Origin: Erysipelothrix sp.
GTDB taxonomy: Bacteria > Bacillota_I > Bacilli_A > Erysipelotrichales > Erysipelotrichaceae
Length of the DNA: 24,241 nt
Reading direction: 5' to 3'
Assembly: GCA_012512495.1 (NCBI GenBank)
Contig: JAAZEC010000134.1
Span: forward strand, 1 to 24,241
The position numbers and the translations under genes were made by a program. The notes under the pieces were generated by a model, which searched no databases, was not told the DNA's origin, and saw only the letters and a program-made list of their open reading frames with translations. This document shows, piece after piece, positions 14,659 through 23,420 of the stretch (its first letter is position 1; every line of letters begins with the position of its first letter).

Positions 14659-16821
14659 TTGAATTTATTGTATGAAATTGAAGGTTATTTGACACGCCTC
14701 ATCTTTGAAAACGAGCACACAGATTACCGTGTGTATCTCTTTAAACTGGACGATCTCAATGAAAAACAACTCACCATCAACGGGACATTGCCCAGGCTGC
14801 CCGAAGATATCAAATACATCCTCAGCGGGGAGTATCAAGAACACCCTCGCTATGGCATGCAGTTTACGGTCGCTTCCTATCGTTCCGTGTTACCCACGGA
14901 AGAGAGCATGGTCGTAAAATTTTTGAGTTCCTCGCTGTTTCCAGGCATTGGACTCAAATCAGCACAGAAGTTCGTCGATGCTTATGGTAGCGACATTCTC
15001 AACAGAATCAAGAATGGTGAAGACGTCTATATCAATCCCAAGGTGTTATCAGTAGCCAACCAGCAGGTGCTCATTGAAGGCATTCGCGACCATGTCAATC
15101 TGGAAGAAGCCATATCCTTCTTTACCACCAAGGGCCTTGGGGTCAGGATGGTCATGAAGATTGAGCGGATGTATGGCAAGGATGCGATTGCGAAAATCAG
15201 TGAAAATCCCTACATCATGATTGACGACATTGATGGCATTGGTTTCAAGACCTGTGACCAGATTGCCTTGCAGCTTGAGTTCCCTCTAGATCATCCTTTC
15301 CGACTCAACGCGTTGCTGATCTATGAGACCATGCAACAGTGCATGGAGACGGGATCGACCTATACGACAGTGGAGAGCTTGCAAGCTAGGTTGAATAAAA
15401 AGGGAATGGATGCAGACACTTTCGAAACAACCCTCGAGAATGTTATCTACGACAAGAAGGTCATCCAGGAAGAGCAACGGCTTTACCATCATACACAACA
15501 TGAAGCAGAAGTTGTCTGTGCCAACTACTTCTCACAGAATCCTCGCTTAGAGCTGGATCCCCTAGAGTTCGATCTCGACGAGCTAATTGAGACCTATGAA
15601 GAAACTATGAACATTCAGTATGATGAGTCTCAGAAAAAGGCCATCAACAGTTTTTTTCTTGAAAAGAAGAGCATTATCACCGGTGGACCAGGAACCGGAA
15701 AAACGACCATTATCCAGGCCATTATTTATCTCTTTAGGGAATGTTATCCCCAGTATGAATTGGCCGTCTGTGCCCCGACAGGGCGCGCTGCCAAACGGCT
15801 TAAGGAATTGGTCAATGTCGATGTCACGACCATTCATTCACTACTAGAATGGGATTTAGAATCAAATACTTTTGGACGCAATGAAAGCAATCCAGTGCTC
15901 AGTGATATTTTAATTATCGATGAGTTTTCCATGGTTGATTCATGGACCATGGCCGCTTTATGTAAGGCTACACCCCGTGTCAGAAGAATTTTGTTCATTG
16001 GTGACCAGGATCAGTTGCCAAGTGTGGCACCAGGCTTTTTAATTCGCGATCTCATTGCTTCCAATCACTTTGTTGTCAATGTATTGGATGTAAACTACCG
16101 GCAAGCCAGTGGTTCACAGATAATCGAGTTAGCACATAGTGTCCGTCAAGGTATCTTCGATAAAGAGTTGTGCAAGGGTGAGATACGGTTTATCCAAACC
16201 AGCAAATATTTATTGGAGCACCTAACGCAAGTCGTCGCCAGTGCATTGGATACTGGGTACAATATCAGTGATATTCAGGTACTAGCAACGAAGTACAATG
16301 GCAGTCAGGGAATTGATACGCTCAATTTCGTATTGCAGAAGCTGTGTAATCCCCCGGCAAAAGATAAGAGGGAATTGAAGATTGGTTATCAACTGTTTCG
16401 TGAGGGCGATAAGATCTTGCAGCTAAAGAATCAGCCGGATGACCATGTTTATAACGGGGACATTGGACGGTTGGTAGAAATCACGTTGAAGGAAGAAAAT
16501 TCGGACAATAAGAATCATATGATTGTCGATTTTGAAGGAACCATCGTGGAATACACACCGGACATGTTTATCAATTTGAAGCATGCCTACTGTATGTCGG
16601 TTCATAAGGCGCAGGGCTCTGAATATCCCATCGTAATCATGGTGGGTACCAAACAGCATCAGTTCATGATGCAAAGAAGGCTCTTGTATACGGCGATTAC
16701 CCGCTCTTCCAAGGCATTAATTTTAATGGGTGAGGAAGCGGTTTTTCTTCATGGGGCAAAGAATGATCATTCCAATGAAATAAAAACAACACTTATTGAG
16801 AGAATGTCGTTTGATTTATGA
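14659..16821 (+). CDS. recD2: RecD2 (YrrC-type) SF1B DNA helicase
   Basis: HPRYGMQF, HhH GIGLKSA and GIGFKTCD, TGGPGTGKTT, APTGRAAKRL, IIDEFSM, GDQDQLPSV, AYCMSVHKAQGSEY. TTG start after GGAGG. Confidence 0.95.
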   Translation: MNLLYEIEGYLTRLIFENEHTDYRVYLFKLDDLNEKQLTINGTLPRLPEDIKYILSGEYQEHPRYGMQFTVASYRSVLPTEESMVVKFLSSSLFPGIGLKSAQKFVDAYGSDILNRIKNGEDVYINPKVLSVANQQVLIEGIRDHVNLEEAISFFTTKGLGVRMVMKIERMYGKDAIAKISENPYIMIDDIDGIGFKTCDQIALQLEFPLDHPFRLNALLIYETMQQCMETGSTYTTVESLQARLNKKGMDADTFETTLENVIYDKKVIQEEQRLYHHTQHEAEVVCANYFSQNPRLELDPLEFDLDELIETYEETMNIQYDESQKKAINSFFLEKKSIITGGPGTGKTTIIQAIIYLFRECYPQYELAVCAPTGRAAKRLKELVNVDVTTIHSLLEWDLESNTFGRNESNPVLSDILIIDEFSMVDSWTMAALCKATPRVRRILFIGDQDQLPSVAPGFLIRDLIASNHFVVNVLDVNYRQASGSQIIELAHSVRQGIFDKELCKGEIRFIQTSKYLLEHLTQVVASALDTGYNISDIQVLATKYNGSQGIDTLNFVLQKLCNPPAKDKRELKIGYQLFREGDKILQLKNQPDDHVYNGDIGRLVEITLKEENSDNKNHMIVDFEGTIVEYTPDMFINLKHAYCMSVHKAQGSEYPIVIMVGTKQHQFMMQRRLLYTAITRSSKALILMGEEAVFLHGAKNDHSNEIKTTLIERMSFDL

Positions 16822-16827
16822 TACAAT
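16819..16827 (+). promoter_or_regulatory. Extended -10 promoter for the alaS leader
   Basis: TGaTACAAT overlapping the recD2 stop codon. Confidence 0.6.
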
Positions 16828-16839
16828 AGGATAAATCGT

Positions 16840-17032
16840 AACAGAAAAGAGTACGTGGGATGTTGATTGTAGAGAGCAACCGTCAGGTGAAAGGTTGTAT
16901 CACAGAACACCGAAAGCTAATTCTGTAGATGAATTAACCATTCACGTAGGAAGTCGTTACCTTCATAAGTTGCACACAAGAAGTGAAGTAAGGTGGTACC
17001 GCGCGATTGCGTCCTTAGGAGGGCGTTTTTTT
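16840..17032 (+). ncRNA. T-box riboswitch, Ala specifier
   Basis: GA motif (AAAAGAGTA...GATGAA), AG box AGAGAG, GGTGAA loop, GAAA-GCT specifier (Ala codon, 16916-16918). T-box AAGGTGGTACCGCG (16990-17003; TGGT fits the A73 discriminator). Terminator CGTCCT/AGGGCG plus T7. Confidence 0.95.
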
Positions 17033-17054
17033 ATGTTTAGAAAAGGAGTTTATG

Positions 17055-19664
17055 ATGAAGAAAAATACAAGCCAAGTCATTCGTCAAATGTTTCTCGATT
17101 ATTTTGAGAGCAAAGGTCACTTAGTTGAAAAGGGTCACTCCCTGATCCCCCATGGAGATCCAACACTGTTATGGATCAACTCAGGCGTCGCAGCCTTAAA
17201 GAAATACTTCGATGGCAGTATCAAGCCTGCTTCCAATCGCTTGGTAAATGTCCAGAAGGCGATTCGTACCAACGATATTGAAAACGTAGGCAAGACCGCC
17301 CGCCATCACACGTTTTTTGAGATGCTGGGCAACTTCTCAATCGGAGACTACTTCAAGAAAGAAGCCATTGCTTTCGCTTGGGAGTTTTTAGTGTCCGAAG
17401 AGTGGATCGGTCTTGATAAGGACCGCATCTATGTTTCTATTCATACCGATGATAATGAGGCATACGACATCTGGACCAAGCAAATCGGTCTCGATCCTAA
17501 TCGCATCCTAAGATCGGAAGACAACTTCTGGCAAATCGGTGAAGGACCTTCCGGTCCACAATCGGAGATTTTCTATGATCGTGGTAGTAAGTACGATCCG
17601 CAAAACCTTGGCGAAAAGCTGTTCTTCGAAGAGATTGAGAACGATCGCTACCTTGAAGTGTGGAATGTCGTGTTTTCACAATACTATGCAAAGGATGGCG
17701 TCGAGCGTAAGGATTTCAAGGAACTTCCTCAAAAGAACATTGATACCGGCATGGGCTTTGAAAGGCTAGTGTCCATCGTTCAAGAGGGTGAAACCAACTT
17801 CGATACCGATCTGTTCATCCCAATTATTAATAAAACGGCTCAATTGGCCAAAGTCCCTTACGATGAAAACAGTGAGGCCTATAAAGTTATTGCCGATCAT
17901 ATTCGCACGATTACTTTTGCGCTAAGTGACGGGGCTGCCTTCTCCAATGAAGGAAGGGGTTATGTCTTGCGCCGTCTAATCCGACGTGCGATCCGCTATG
18001 GAATTCAACTGGAAATAAAGGGAGCCTTTATGTACCAGTTAGTGGATACTGTGATTGAAATTATGGACTCCTTCTACCCTGAACTCCACGAGAAAAGGGA
18101 TCTCATTGTCAAACTGATTATGATTGAGGAAGAACGTTTCCACATGACACTCTCAGATGGTGAGAAGATGTTGGCAGAGCTGTTAGTGAACCAAAAAGAA
18201 ATTAGCGGGGAACAAGCTTTCAAGCTGTATGATACCTATGGTTTTCCTTTGGAAATGACTGCCGAGATTGCTTCGGAAAAGGGAGTCAGTGTTGACTTGG
18301 AAGGCTTCAATAGACACATGGCGATTCAAAAAGAGATGAGTCGTGCGGCGCGTGTGGACAGCGAGTCCATGGGTGAGCAACATCAGGACCTCATGAACTT
18401 TACTGAACCATCAAAGTTTTTAGGGTATGAACACGTTACCTGTCAAAGCAAGGTCATTGGTCTGTTTGTTGATGGCAAACAGGTCTCATCGCTCAGTGAT
18501 AAGGGTCAAGTAATATTTGATCAGACGGTCTTCTATGCTGAGAGTGGTGGACAGGTCGCCGATATCGGAAGTATTACGAGTGATAAAGTATCTGGCTTCA
18601 TCAGCAATGTCCAGAAGGCACCTCTGTCTCAGAGTTTACACACAATTGAATTGAGTCAGGGAACTCTTGAAATCGGTGATTCGGTTGTTATGGATATTGA
18701 TAGCCAACGACGCTTAAAAATCAGACGGAATCACTCCTCCGTCCACCTGTTACATGAGGCCTTGCGAGAAATCGTGGGCACTCACTTGAGACAAGCAGGT
18801 TCCTATGTGAGTGATGAATATTCTCGCTTCGACTTCAGCCATTATGAAAAGATCGATCATGATACGTTGTCGAAAATTGAGAAACGGGTCAATGAAATGA
18901 TTTGTGAGGCTCATGAAGTGACCACTGATTTGATGGACATCGAACATGCCAAGCAATCGGGTGCCATTGCCTTATTTGATGAGAAATATGGCGATGAGGT
19001 TCGAGTTGTCACGATGGGTCCTTCTAAGGAACTCTGCGGGGGAACCCACGTTTCCAATACCGCCCAAATTGGTGTCTACAAGCTGATGTCTGAAGAATCG
19101 ATTGGCTCTGGTGTGAGACGGATTGTGGCCAAGACTTCATTTGGTGCCTATGAGGAGTTTAAGGCAGCCGAAAGTCATTTGGAAACAATTGCTAAGCAAC
19201 TGAAGGCTAATTCGGTCTCGAAGATTGATGAAAAACTGACTCAACAATTGAGTGAGCTGGCCTCCTTGAGTGAACAGATTCAGGAGCTCAATCAGGTCAT
19301 CATCAATAATCAGTTGAACCTACTACTGAAGGATCTCACCGAAGACAAGACCTTAGTCTTTAGAACTAGTCTCGATAGCAAACTGGCTAAGACGCTGGTC
19401 GAGAGACTAATTAACAAGATTGGTGATGGCGTGGTCTTTGGGGCGTTCGAGAATGGTGACAAAGTTAACTTTGTCTGTGCTGTCAGTGATGCCTGGATTA
19501 AGAAGGGTATCAAGGCGGGTGACTTAGTGAAACACGCGGCCACGCTGAGTAATGGCGGTGGTGGCGGAAGACCTGATTTCGCACAGGCCGGTGGTAAGGA
19601 TACGAGTCGAATTGAACAAGTGATTGAAGATATTAATCGCAAATTGTTGATAACCACCAGTTAG
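17055..19664 (+). CDS. alaS: Alanyl-tRNA synthetase
   Basis: HHTFFEMLGNFSIGDYFK, IDTGMGFER, YDTYGFP, editing NHSSVHLLH and ELCGGTH, C-Ala GGGGRPDFAQAGG. Second ATG (17055) fits the SD better than 17052. Confidence 0.98.
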   Translation: MKKNTSQVIRQMFLDYFESKGHLVEKGHSLIPHGDPTLLWINSGVAALKKYFDGSIKPASNRLVNVQKAIRTNDIENVGKTARHHTFFEMLGNFSIGDYFKKEAIAFAWEFLVSEEWIGLDKDRIYVSIHTDDNEAYDIWTKQIGLDPNRILRSEDNFWQIGEGPSGPQSEIFYDRGSKYDPQNLGEKLFFEEIENDRYLEVWNVVFSQYYAKDGVERKDFKELPQKNIDTGMGFERLVSIVQEGETNFDTDLFIPIINKTAQLAKVPYDENSEAYKVIADHIRTITFALSDGAAFSNEGRGYVLRRLIRRAIRYGIQLEIKGAFMYQLVDTVIEIMDSFYPELHEKRDLIVKLIMIEEERFHMTLSDGEKMLAELLVNQKEISGEQAFKLYDTYGFPLEMTAEIASEKGVSVDLEGFNRHMAIQKEMSRAARVDSESMGEQHQDLMNFTEPSKFLGYEHVTCQSKVIGLFVDGKQVSSLSDKGQVIFDQTVFYAESGGQVADIGSITSDKVSGFISNVQKAPLSQSLHTIELSQGTLEIGDSVVMDIDSQRRLKIRRNHSSVHLLHEALREIVGTHLRQAGSYVSDEYSRFDFSHYEKIDHDTLSKIEKRVNEMICEAHEVTTDLMDIEHAKQSGAIALFDEKYGDEVRVVTMGPSKELCGGTHVSNTAQIGVYKLMSEESIGSGVRRIVAKTSFGAYEEFKAAESHLETIAKQLKANSVSKIDEKLTQQLSELASLSEQIQELNQVIINNQLNLLLKDLTEDKTLVFRTSLDSKLAKTLVERLINKIGDGVVFGAFENGDKVNFVCAVSDAWIKKGIKAGDLVKHAATLSNGGGGGRPDFAQAGGKDTSRIEQVIEDINRKLLITTS

Positions 19665-19676
19665 TTGTTATACAAT
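19647..19676 (+). promoter_or_regulatory. Internal SigA-like promoter for the ireB-ruvX cluster
   Basis: TTGATA, 18 bp spacer, TACAAT spanning the alaS end. Confidence 0.5.
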
Positions 19677-19698
19677 GAGAGAAAGAACGGGGGATATT

Positions 19699-19959
19699 AT
19701 GGACAATAAAGATCTAACGCAAACAATGCCTTATAATGCCGAGGAAGTTCATCAAGAAACAGTTCGGAAGATTATTGAGGAAGTGACCCAAGCATTGGAC
19801 GAAAGAGGCTACAATGCTGTAAATCAGTTAGCGGGTTACTTAATTACCAACGATCCTGCCTATATTTCATCGCATCGTGGAGCTCGCTCGAATATTCAGC
19901 AGCTTGAACGTTTTGAAATCATTGAGGAACTGGTTCGCTTCTACCTAAGCAAAGTATGA
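19699..19959 (+). CDS. ireB: IreB/ReoM-family regulatory phosphoprotein (DUF965)
   Basis: ALDERGYNAVNQLAGYLITNDPAYISSHRGAR...ERFEIIEELV..YL. N-terminal DLT candidate phospho-Thr; conserved position after alaS. Confidence 0.93.
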   Translation: MDNKDLTQTMPYNAEEVHQETVRKIIEEVTQALDERGYNAVNQLAGYLITNDPAYISSHRGARSNIQQLERFEIIEELVRFYLSKV

Positions 19960-20390
19960 ACAAAGTCATAGGATTAGATTTAGGGAGCGTTACCTGTGGG
20001 GTAGCGGTGTCTGATGAATTGGGCTTTTTAGCCCATCCTGTGAAGACAATCAGGTTTAAGGAACATGATATTGACCCATTGTTAAATGAGTTGGAAACAC
20101 TCTTGGAAAGCCATCAAGTCAAGGTTGTCGTTCTAGGTCTTCCGTTGCACATGAATGGTGATGTGGGAGAAAGAGCTCGCGCTTCACTTGAGTTCAAGGA
20201 GATTCTAGAAGAAGCTTTTGGTGTGGAAGTCATTATGATGGATGAACGTTTTTCCACGCGCTCCTCTGAAAGACAACTAATTTCAATGAATGTGTCTCGT
20301 AAAAAGAGAAAGAAAATAATCGATCAGGCCGCGGCAGTCGAAATACTGCAACGCTATCTTGATTCAAAAAAGGAGAAGGTCCATGAATGA
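19956..20390 (+). CDS. ruvX: YqgF/RuvX-family RNase H-fold nuclease (pre-16S rRNA processing)
   Basis: GLDLGSVTCGVAVSD, VLGLPLHMNG, DERFST, IDQAAAVEILQRYLD. Confidence 0.95.
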   Translation: MNKVIGLDLGSVTCGVAVSDELGFLAHPVKTIRFKEHDIDPLLNELETLLESHQVKVVVLGLPLHMNGDVGERARASLEFKEILEEAFGVEVIMMDERFSTRSSERQLISMNVSRKKRKKIIDQAAAVEILQRYLDSKKEKVHE

Positions 20391-20664
20391 AGAAAAAATC
20401 GTCGTTGTTGACGAGAATGGTAATGAAATAGAAATGCAGATTCTGTTTACTTTCGAAGGAGATCCTACACCAGAAGGAAAACCAGGTAAAGCCTACGTCT
20501 TGTATTTCAATCCTGAAGAAGAGGAAGAAGGAACGGTCTACGCGTCGTCTTATACTGAAGAGGGTCTCTTGGAACCTGTTGAAGATGAGAAAGAATGGGA
20601 AATGATAGAGGAAGTATTCGCTACGTTCATGAGTGACGATGAAGATCATGAGCATAACGACTAA
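20383..20664 (+). CDS. DUF1292 (YrzB-like) acidic protein
   Basis: IVVVDENGNE...ILFTF...Y...LEPVEDEKEWEMIEEVFATF. ATG 20383 after AAGGAG; conserved position after ruvX. Confidence 0.9.
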   Translation: MNEEKIVVVDENGNEIEMQILFTFEGDPTPEGKPGKAYVLYFNPEEEEEGTVYASSYTEEGLLEPVEDEKEWEMIEEVFATFMSDDEDHEHND

Positions 20665-21733
20665 AAAGAAGAAAATTTGGCCGAAACTACTATTGGTAGT
20701 TGTATTAATCCTTGCTGGAAGTGGCGTCTTCGGCTATAACTATTATCAACAGCTCAATGAGCCAGTTTCAAGCAGTTCACAAGAAGTTGCTTTCACTGTA
20801 CCTAGTGGCGCTTCCATCAGCACTGTCTTGACTCAATTAGAGGAAGATGGTCTCATCAGAAGCGCATTTGCGACGAAGATCAAACAACAGCTCAGTCCCG
20901 TAGCGGTTGATTTGAAGGCCGGTGAGTTCACTCTGGACACATCCTGGGATGCCCAGGAAATGCTACAATTCATGAGCAACAGTCAAAATATTTTAGTGGA
21001 TGTCGTCAACCTTACTTTCATTGATGGTGAGAGAGCGACAGACTATGCACGAGTCATTGAGAGCAAGCTAGGCATTCCGGCTACTGAAGTGCTGGAGACC
21101 TGGAATGATCCAGAATACCTAGCATCCTTAATTGATACCTATGAGGTGCTCACTGATGATATCCTCAGTAGCGATGTGCGCTATGCATTGGAAGGTTACT
21201 TGGCACCCAATACCTATCAGTTCTTTTTGGATGCTGATGTCAAGGATGTAACGAAGCGTCTACTGGATCAAAGTGAGAAGTTTTACTTAGAGAACAAAAC
21301 ACTGTTTGATAATTCACAACTATCGATTCACGAAGTCTTTAATCTGAGTTCAATCGTCCAGTTGGAAGCGAAATACCCAGAGGACATGAAGCTAGTGGCT
21401 TCTGTGTTCCATAATCGTCTGGCTCTGCCAATGCGTTTGGAATCGTCGGTCACGGTCTGTTATGCTTTGGATCAGTACACTTCCTGGCAGGAATGTGAAA
21501 GCAATGTTGGCATTGAATCTCCTTACAACACCTATCGTGTCGATGGCTTACCAGTAGGACCGATTGCTAATCCGGGCGCGAATGCCTTGTTAGCGGTATT
21601 GGATCCAGTTGAGAGCAACTATTACTTCTTCATGAGTGAGATGTATGGTGACACACAGGGTACTTTCCATTACGCAGAAACGTTTGCGGAACATGAAAAG
21701 AATGTAAATCAGTACTTGAGGGGGAATCAGTAA
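20648..21733 (+). CDS. mltG: Endolytic transglycosylase MltG (YceG family)
   Basis: N-terminal TM anchor, LEGYLAPNTY, SSIVQLEA (catalytic Glu), SPYNTY..GLPVGPIANPG, YFFMS. Exact start uncertain (20633, 20639 or 20648). Confidence 0.93.
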   Translation: MSITTKKKKIWPKLLLVVVLILAGSGVFGYNYYQQLNEPVSSSSQEVAFTVPSGASISTVLTQLEEDGLIRSAFATKIKQQLSPVAVDLKAGEFTLDTSWDAQEMLQFMSNSQNILVDVVNLTFIDGERATDYARVIESKLGIPATEVLETWNDPEYLASLIDTYEVLTDDILSSDVRYALEGYLAPNTYQFFLDADVKDVTKRLLDQSEKFYLENKTLFDNSQLSIHEVFNLSSIVQLEAKYPEDMKLVASVFHNRLALPMRLESSVTVCYALDQYTSWQECESNVGIESPYNTYRVDGLPVGPIANPGANALLAVLDPVESNYYFFMSEMYGDTQGTFHYAETFAEHEKNVNQYLRGNQ

Positions 21734-22366
21734 GTGAAAAAAGTGATGCTTATTGGTATTGCTGGTGGCTCAGCTTCTGGTAAAACATCGATTGGAAAAC
21801 AGTTACAGAAATCGTTCAACTCCAATAAGTCGTTTCTAATCATGAAGATGGACGACTACTATAAAGATCAGTCAGAATTGTCGATGGAAGAACGTTACAA
21901 TACCAACTATGACCATCCGTTGGCATTCGATACTGAGCTACTATTGGAACATATCAGTTTATTAAAAGAACGAGTAGTGATCGATAAACCAATCTATGAC
22001 TATGTCAATCACACCAGAAAAGAGGCGACCGAAAAGATCTTTCCGACCGATGTGGTCATTTTGGAAGGGCTATTCTGTCTCGAGAATGAAGCTATTAGGG
22101 ACCTGCTGGATATCAAGATCTTCGTAGATACGCCTGCAGATGTCCGCTTTATTCGCCGGCTGGTGAGGGATGTAAAAGATAGGGGCAGAACACTCGATTC
22201 CGTGGTCAACCAGTACATGACGACGGTCCGTTCGATGCATGACCTGTTTGTTGAACCTTCTAAGCGCTATGCGGATGTTATTATTCCCGAAGGTGGCCAT
22301 AACAAAGTGGCCATTGACCTCTTGGCTACGAAGATTAGTAGCATCTTAGCTGAGGATATGATATAA
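21734..22366 (+). CDS. udk: Uridine kinase
   Basis: GIAGGSASGKT, DDYYKD, NYDHPLAFD, DIKIFVDT, RRLVRDVKDRGR, FVEPSKRYADVIIP. GTG start directly after the mltG stop. Confidence 0.97.
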   Translation: MKKVMLIGIAGGSASGKTSIGKQLQKSFNSNKSFLIMKMDDYYKDQSELSMEERYNTNYDHPLAFDTELLLEHISLLKERVVIDKPIYDYVNHTRKEATEKIFPTDVVILEGLFCLENEAIRDLLDIKIFVDTPADVRFIRRLVRDVKDRGRTLDSVVNQYMTTVRSMHDLFVEPSKRYADVIIPEGGHNKVAIDLLATKISSILAEDMI

Positions 22367-22367
22367 T
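22359..22367 (+). promoter_or_regulatory. Extended -10 promoter for greA
   Basis: TGaTATAAT overlapping the udk stop. Confidence 0.65.
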
Positions 22368-22394
22368 CTAGCAGTTGAAAAAGGATGTGAATTC

Positions 22395-22874
22395 ATGGCA
22401 AAAGATAGTCAAAAAGTTGCGGTTACCAAAGATGGTTTAAACGAGCTACTTAAAGAACAGAAGTATTTAATTCATACGGTTCGCGCTGAAGTTAAAGAAG
22501 AACTTCAAGCTGCTCGTGAGCAAGGTGATTTATCCGAGAATGCTGATTATGATGCGGCTCGTGATCGTCAGGCCAAAGTAGAAGCACGTATTCGTGAATT
22601 AGACAATATGCTTAGCAATATTGAACTGATTGATGAAACAACTACCGGCCGTAGTAAACGAGTTCAGTTGGGCTCAACGGTGACCATTCAGGAACTGGAT
22701 ACCAACGAAGAGGCTACTTATATTATTGTTGGTTCGGTTGAATCAGATCCAGCCAATGGCAAGCTTTCTAATTCATCACCACTTGCTTTAGCGATGATGG
22801 ACCGAAAAGCCAATGATATCGTTGATGTCAAGGCTCATCTATCATATCAAGTAAAAATTCTATCTATTAAATAA
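22395..22874 (+). CDS. greA: Transcription elongation factor GreA
   Basis: AREQGDLSENADYDAA, RIRELDNML, VQLGSTV, YIIVGSVESDP..GKLSNSSP. Confidence 0.97.
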   Translation: MAKDSQKVAVTKDGLNELLKEQKYLIHTVRAEVKEELQAAREQGDLSENADYDAARDRQAKVEARIRELDNMLSNIELIDETTTGRSKRVQLGSTVTIQELDTNEEATYIIVGSVESDPANGKLSNSSPLALAMMDRKANDIVDVKAHLSYQVKILSIK

Positions 22875-22877
22875 TTC

Positions 22878-22903
22878 GCTGTTGAGAAATCAACAGCTTT
22901 TTT
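22878..22903 (+). terminator. Intrinsic terminator after greA
   Basis: GCTGTTGA-GAAA-TCAACAGC followed by T6. Confidence 0.9.
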
Positions 22904-22949
22904 AATGGATTAATACTCAAACTCGCATATTAATGAGCAGGTGATCCCC

Positions 22950-23420
22950 ATGTTTAAATCCCTGTTACTTTTAATTGGTGCGCTGTTGATTCTTTTTGTG
23001 TTGCCCTTTAATACGTTTGAAGAGATCCAGCTGATTGACGATAAGATAAATGTCTACGTTAAGGGTGAAGTGAGGAAAGGAGGCTATCTGGAACTGAGTG
23101 CACATTCTAAAGTCAGTGAGCTCTTGGAACAAGTTGAGCTTACAGAAAGGGCAGACGTAGGTGCACTCGACTTAAACAAGTACCTCTCCCACGAGGAAGT
23201 CATTACCATTCCATCCAAAGAGGAGTTCGTCTGTGTCTCGCTCAACTCAGCCACCGCAGAACAGCTCATGACACTCCCAGGAGTGGGACCCTCTACGGCA
23301 CAGAAGATCATTGACTATCGAGAGAGTCATGGCTTCTTTGTGAGCTTTGAAGACCTGTTAGACGTCAAGGGGATTGGACCCAGCAAGTATGAAAAACTTA
23401 AAGAATTTATTTGTCTCTAG
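22950..23420 (+). CDS. comEA: ComEA-family DNA receptor (SLBB-like + helix-hairpin-helix)
   Basis: N-terminal TM, VYVKGEV, SLNSATAEQLMTLPGVGPSTAQKIIDYRE, DLLDVKGIGPSKYEKLK. ATG 22950 after AGGTGA. Confidence 0.9.
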   Translation: MFKSLLLLIGALLILFVLPFNTFEEIQLIDDKINVYVKGEVRKGGYLELSAHSKVSELLEQVELTERADVGALDLNKYLSHEEVITIPSKEEFVCVSLNSATAEQLMTLPGVGPSTAQKIIDYRESHGFFVSFEDLLDVKGIGPSKYEKLKEFICL

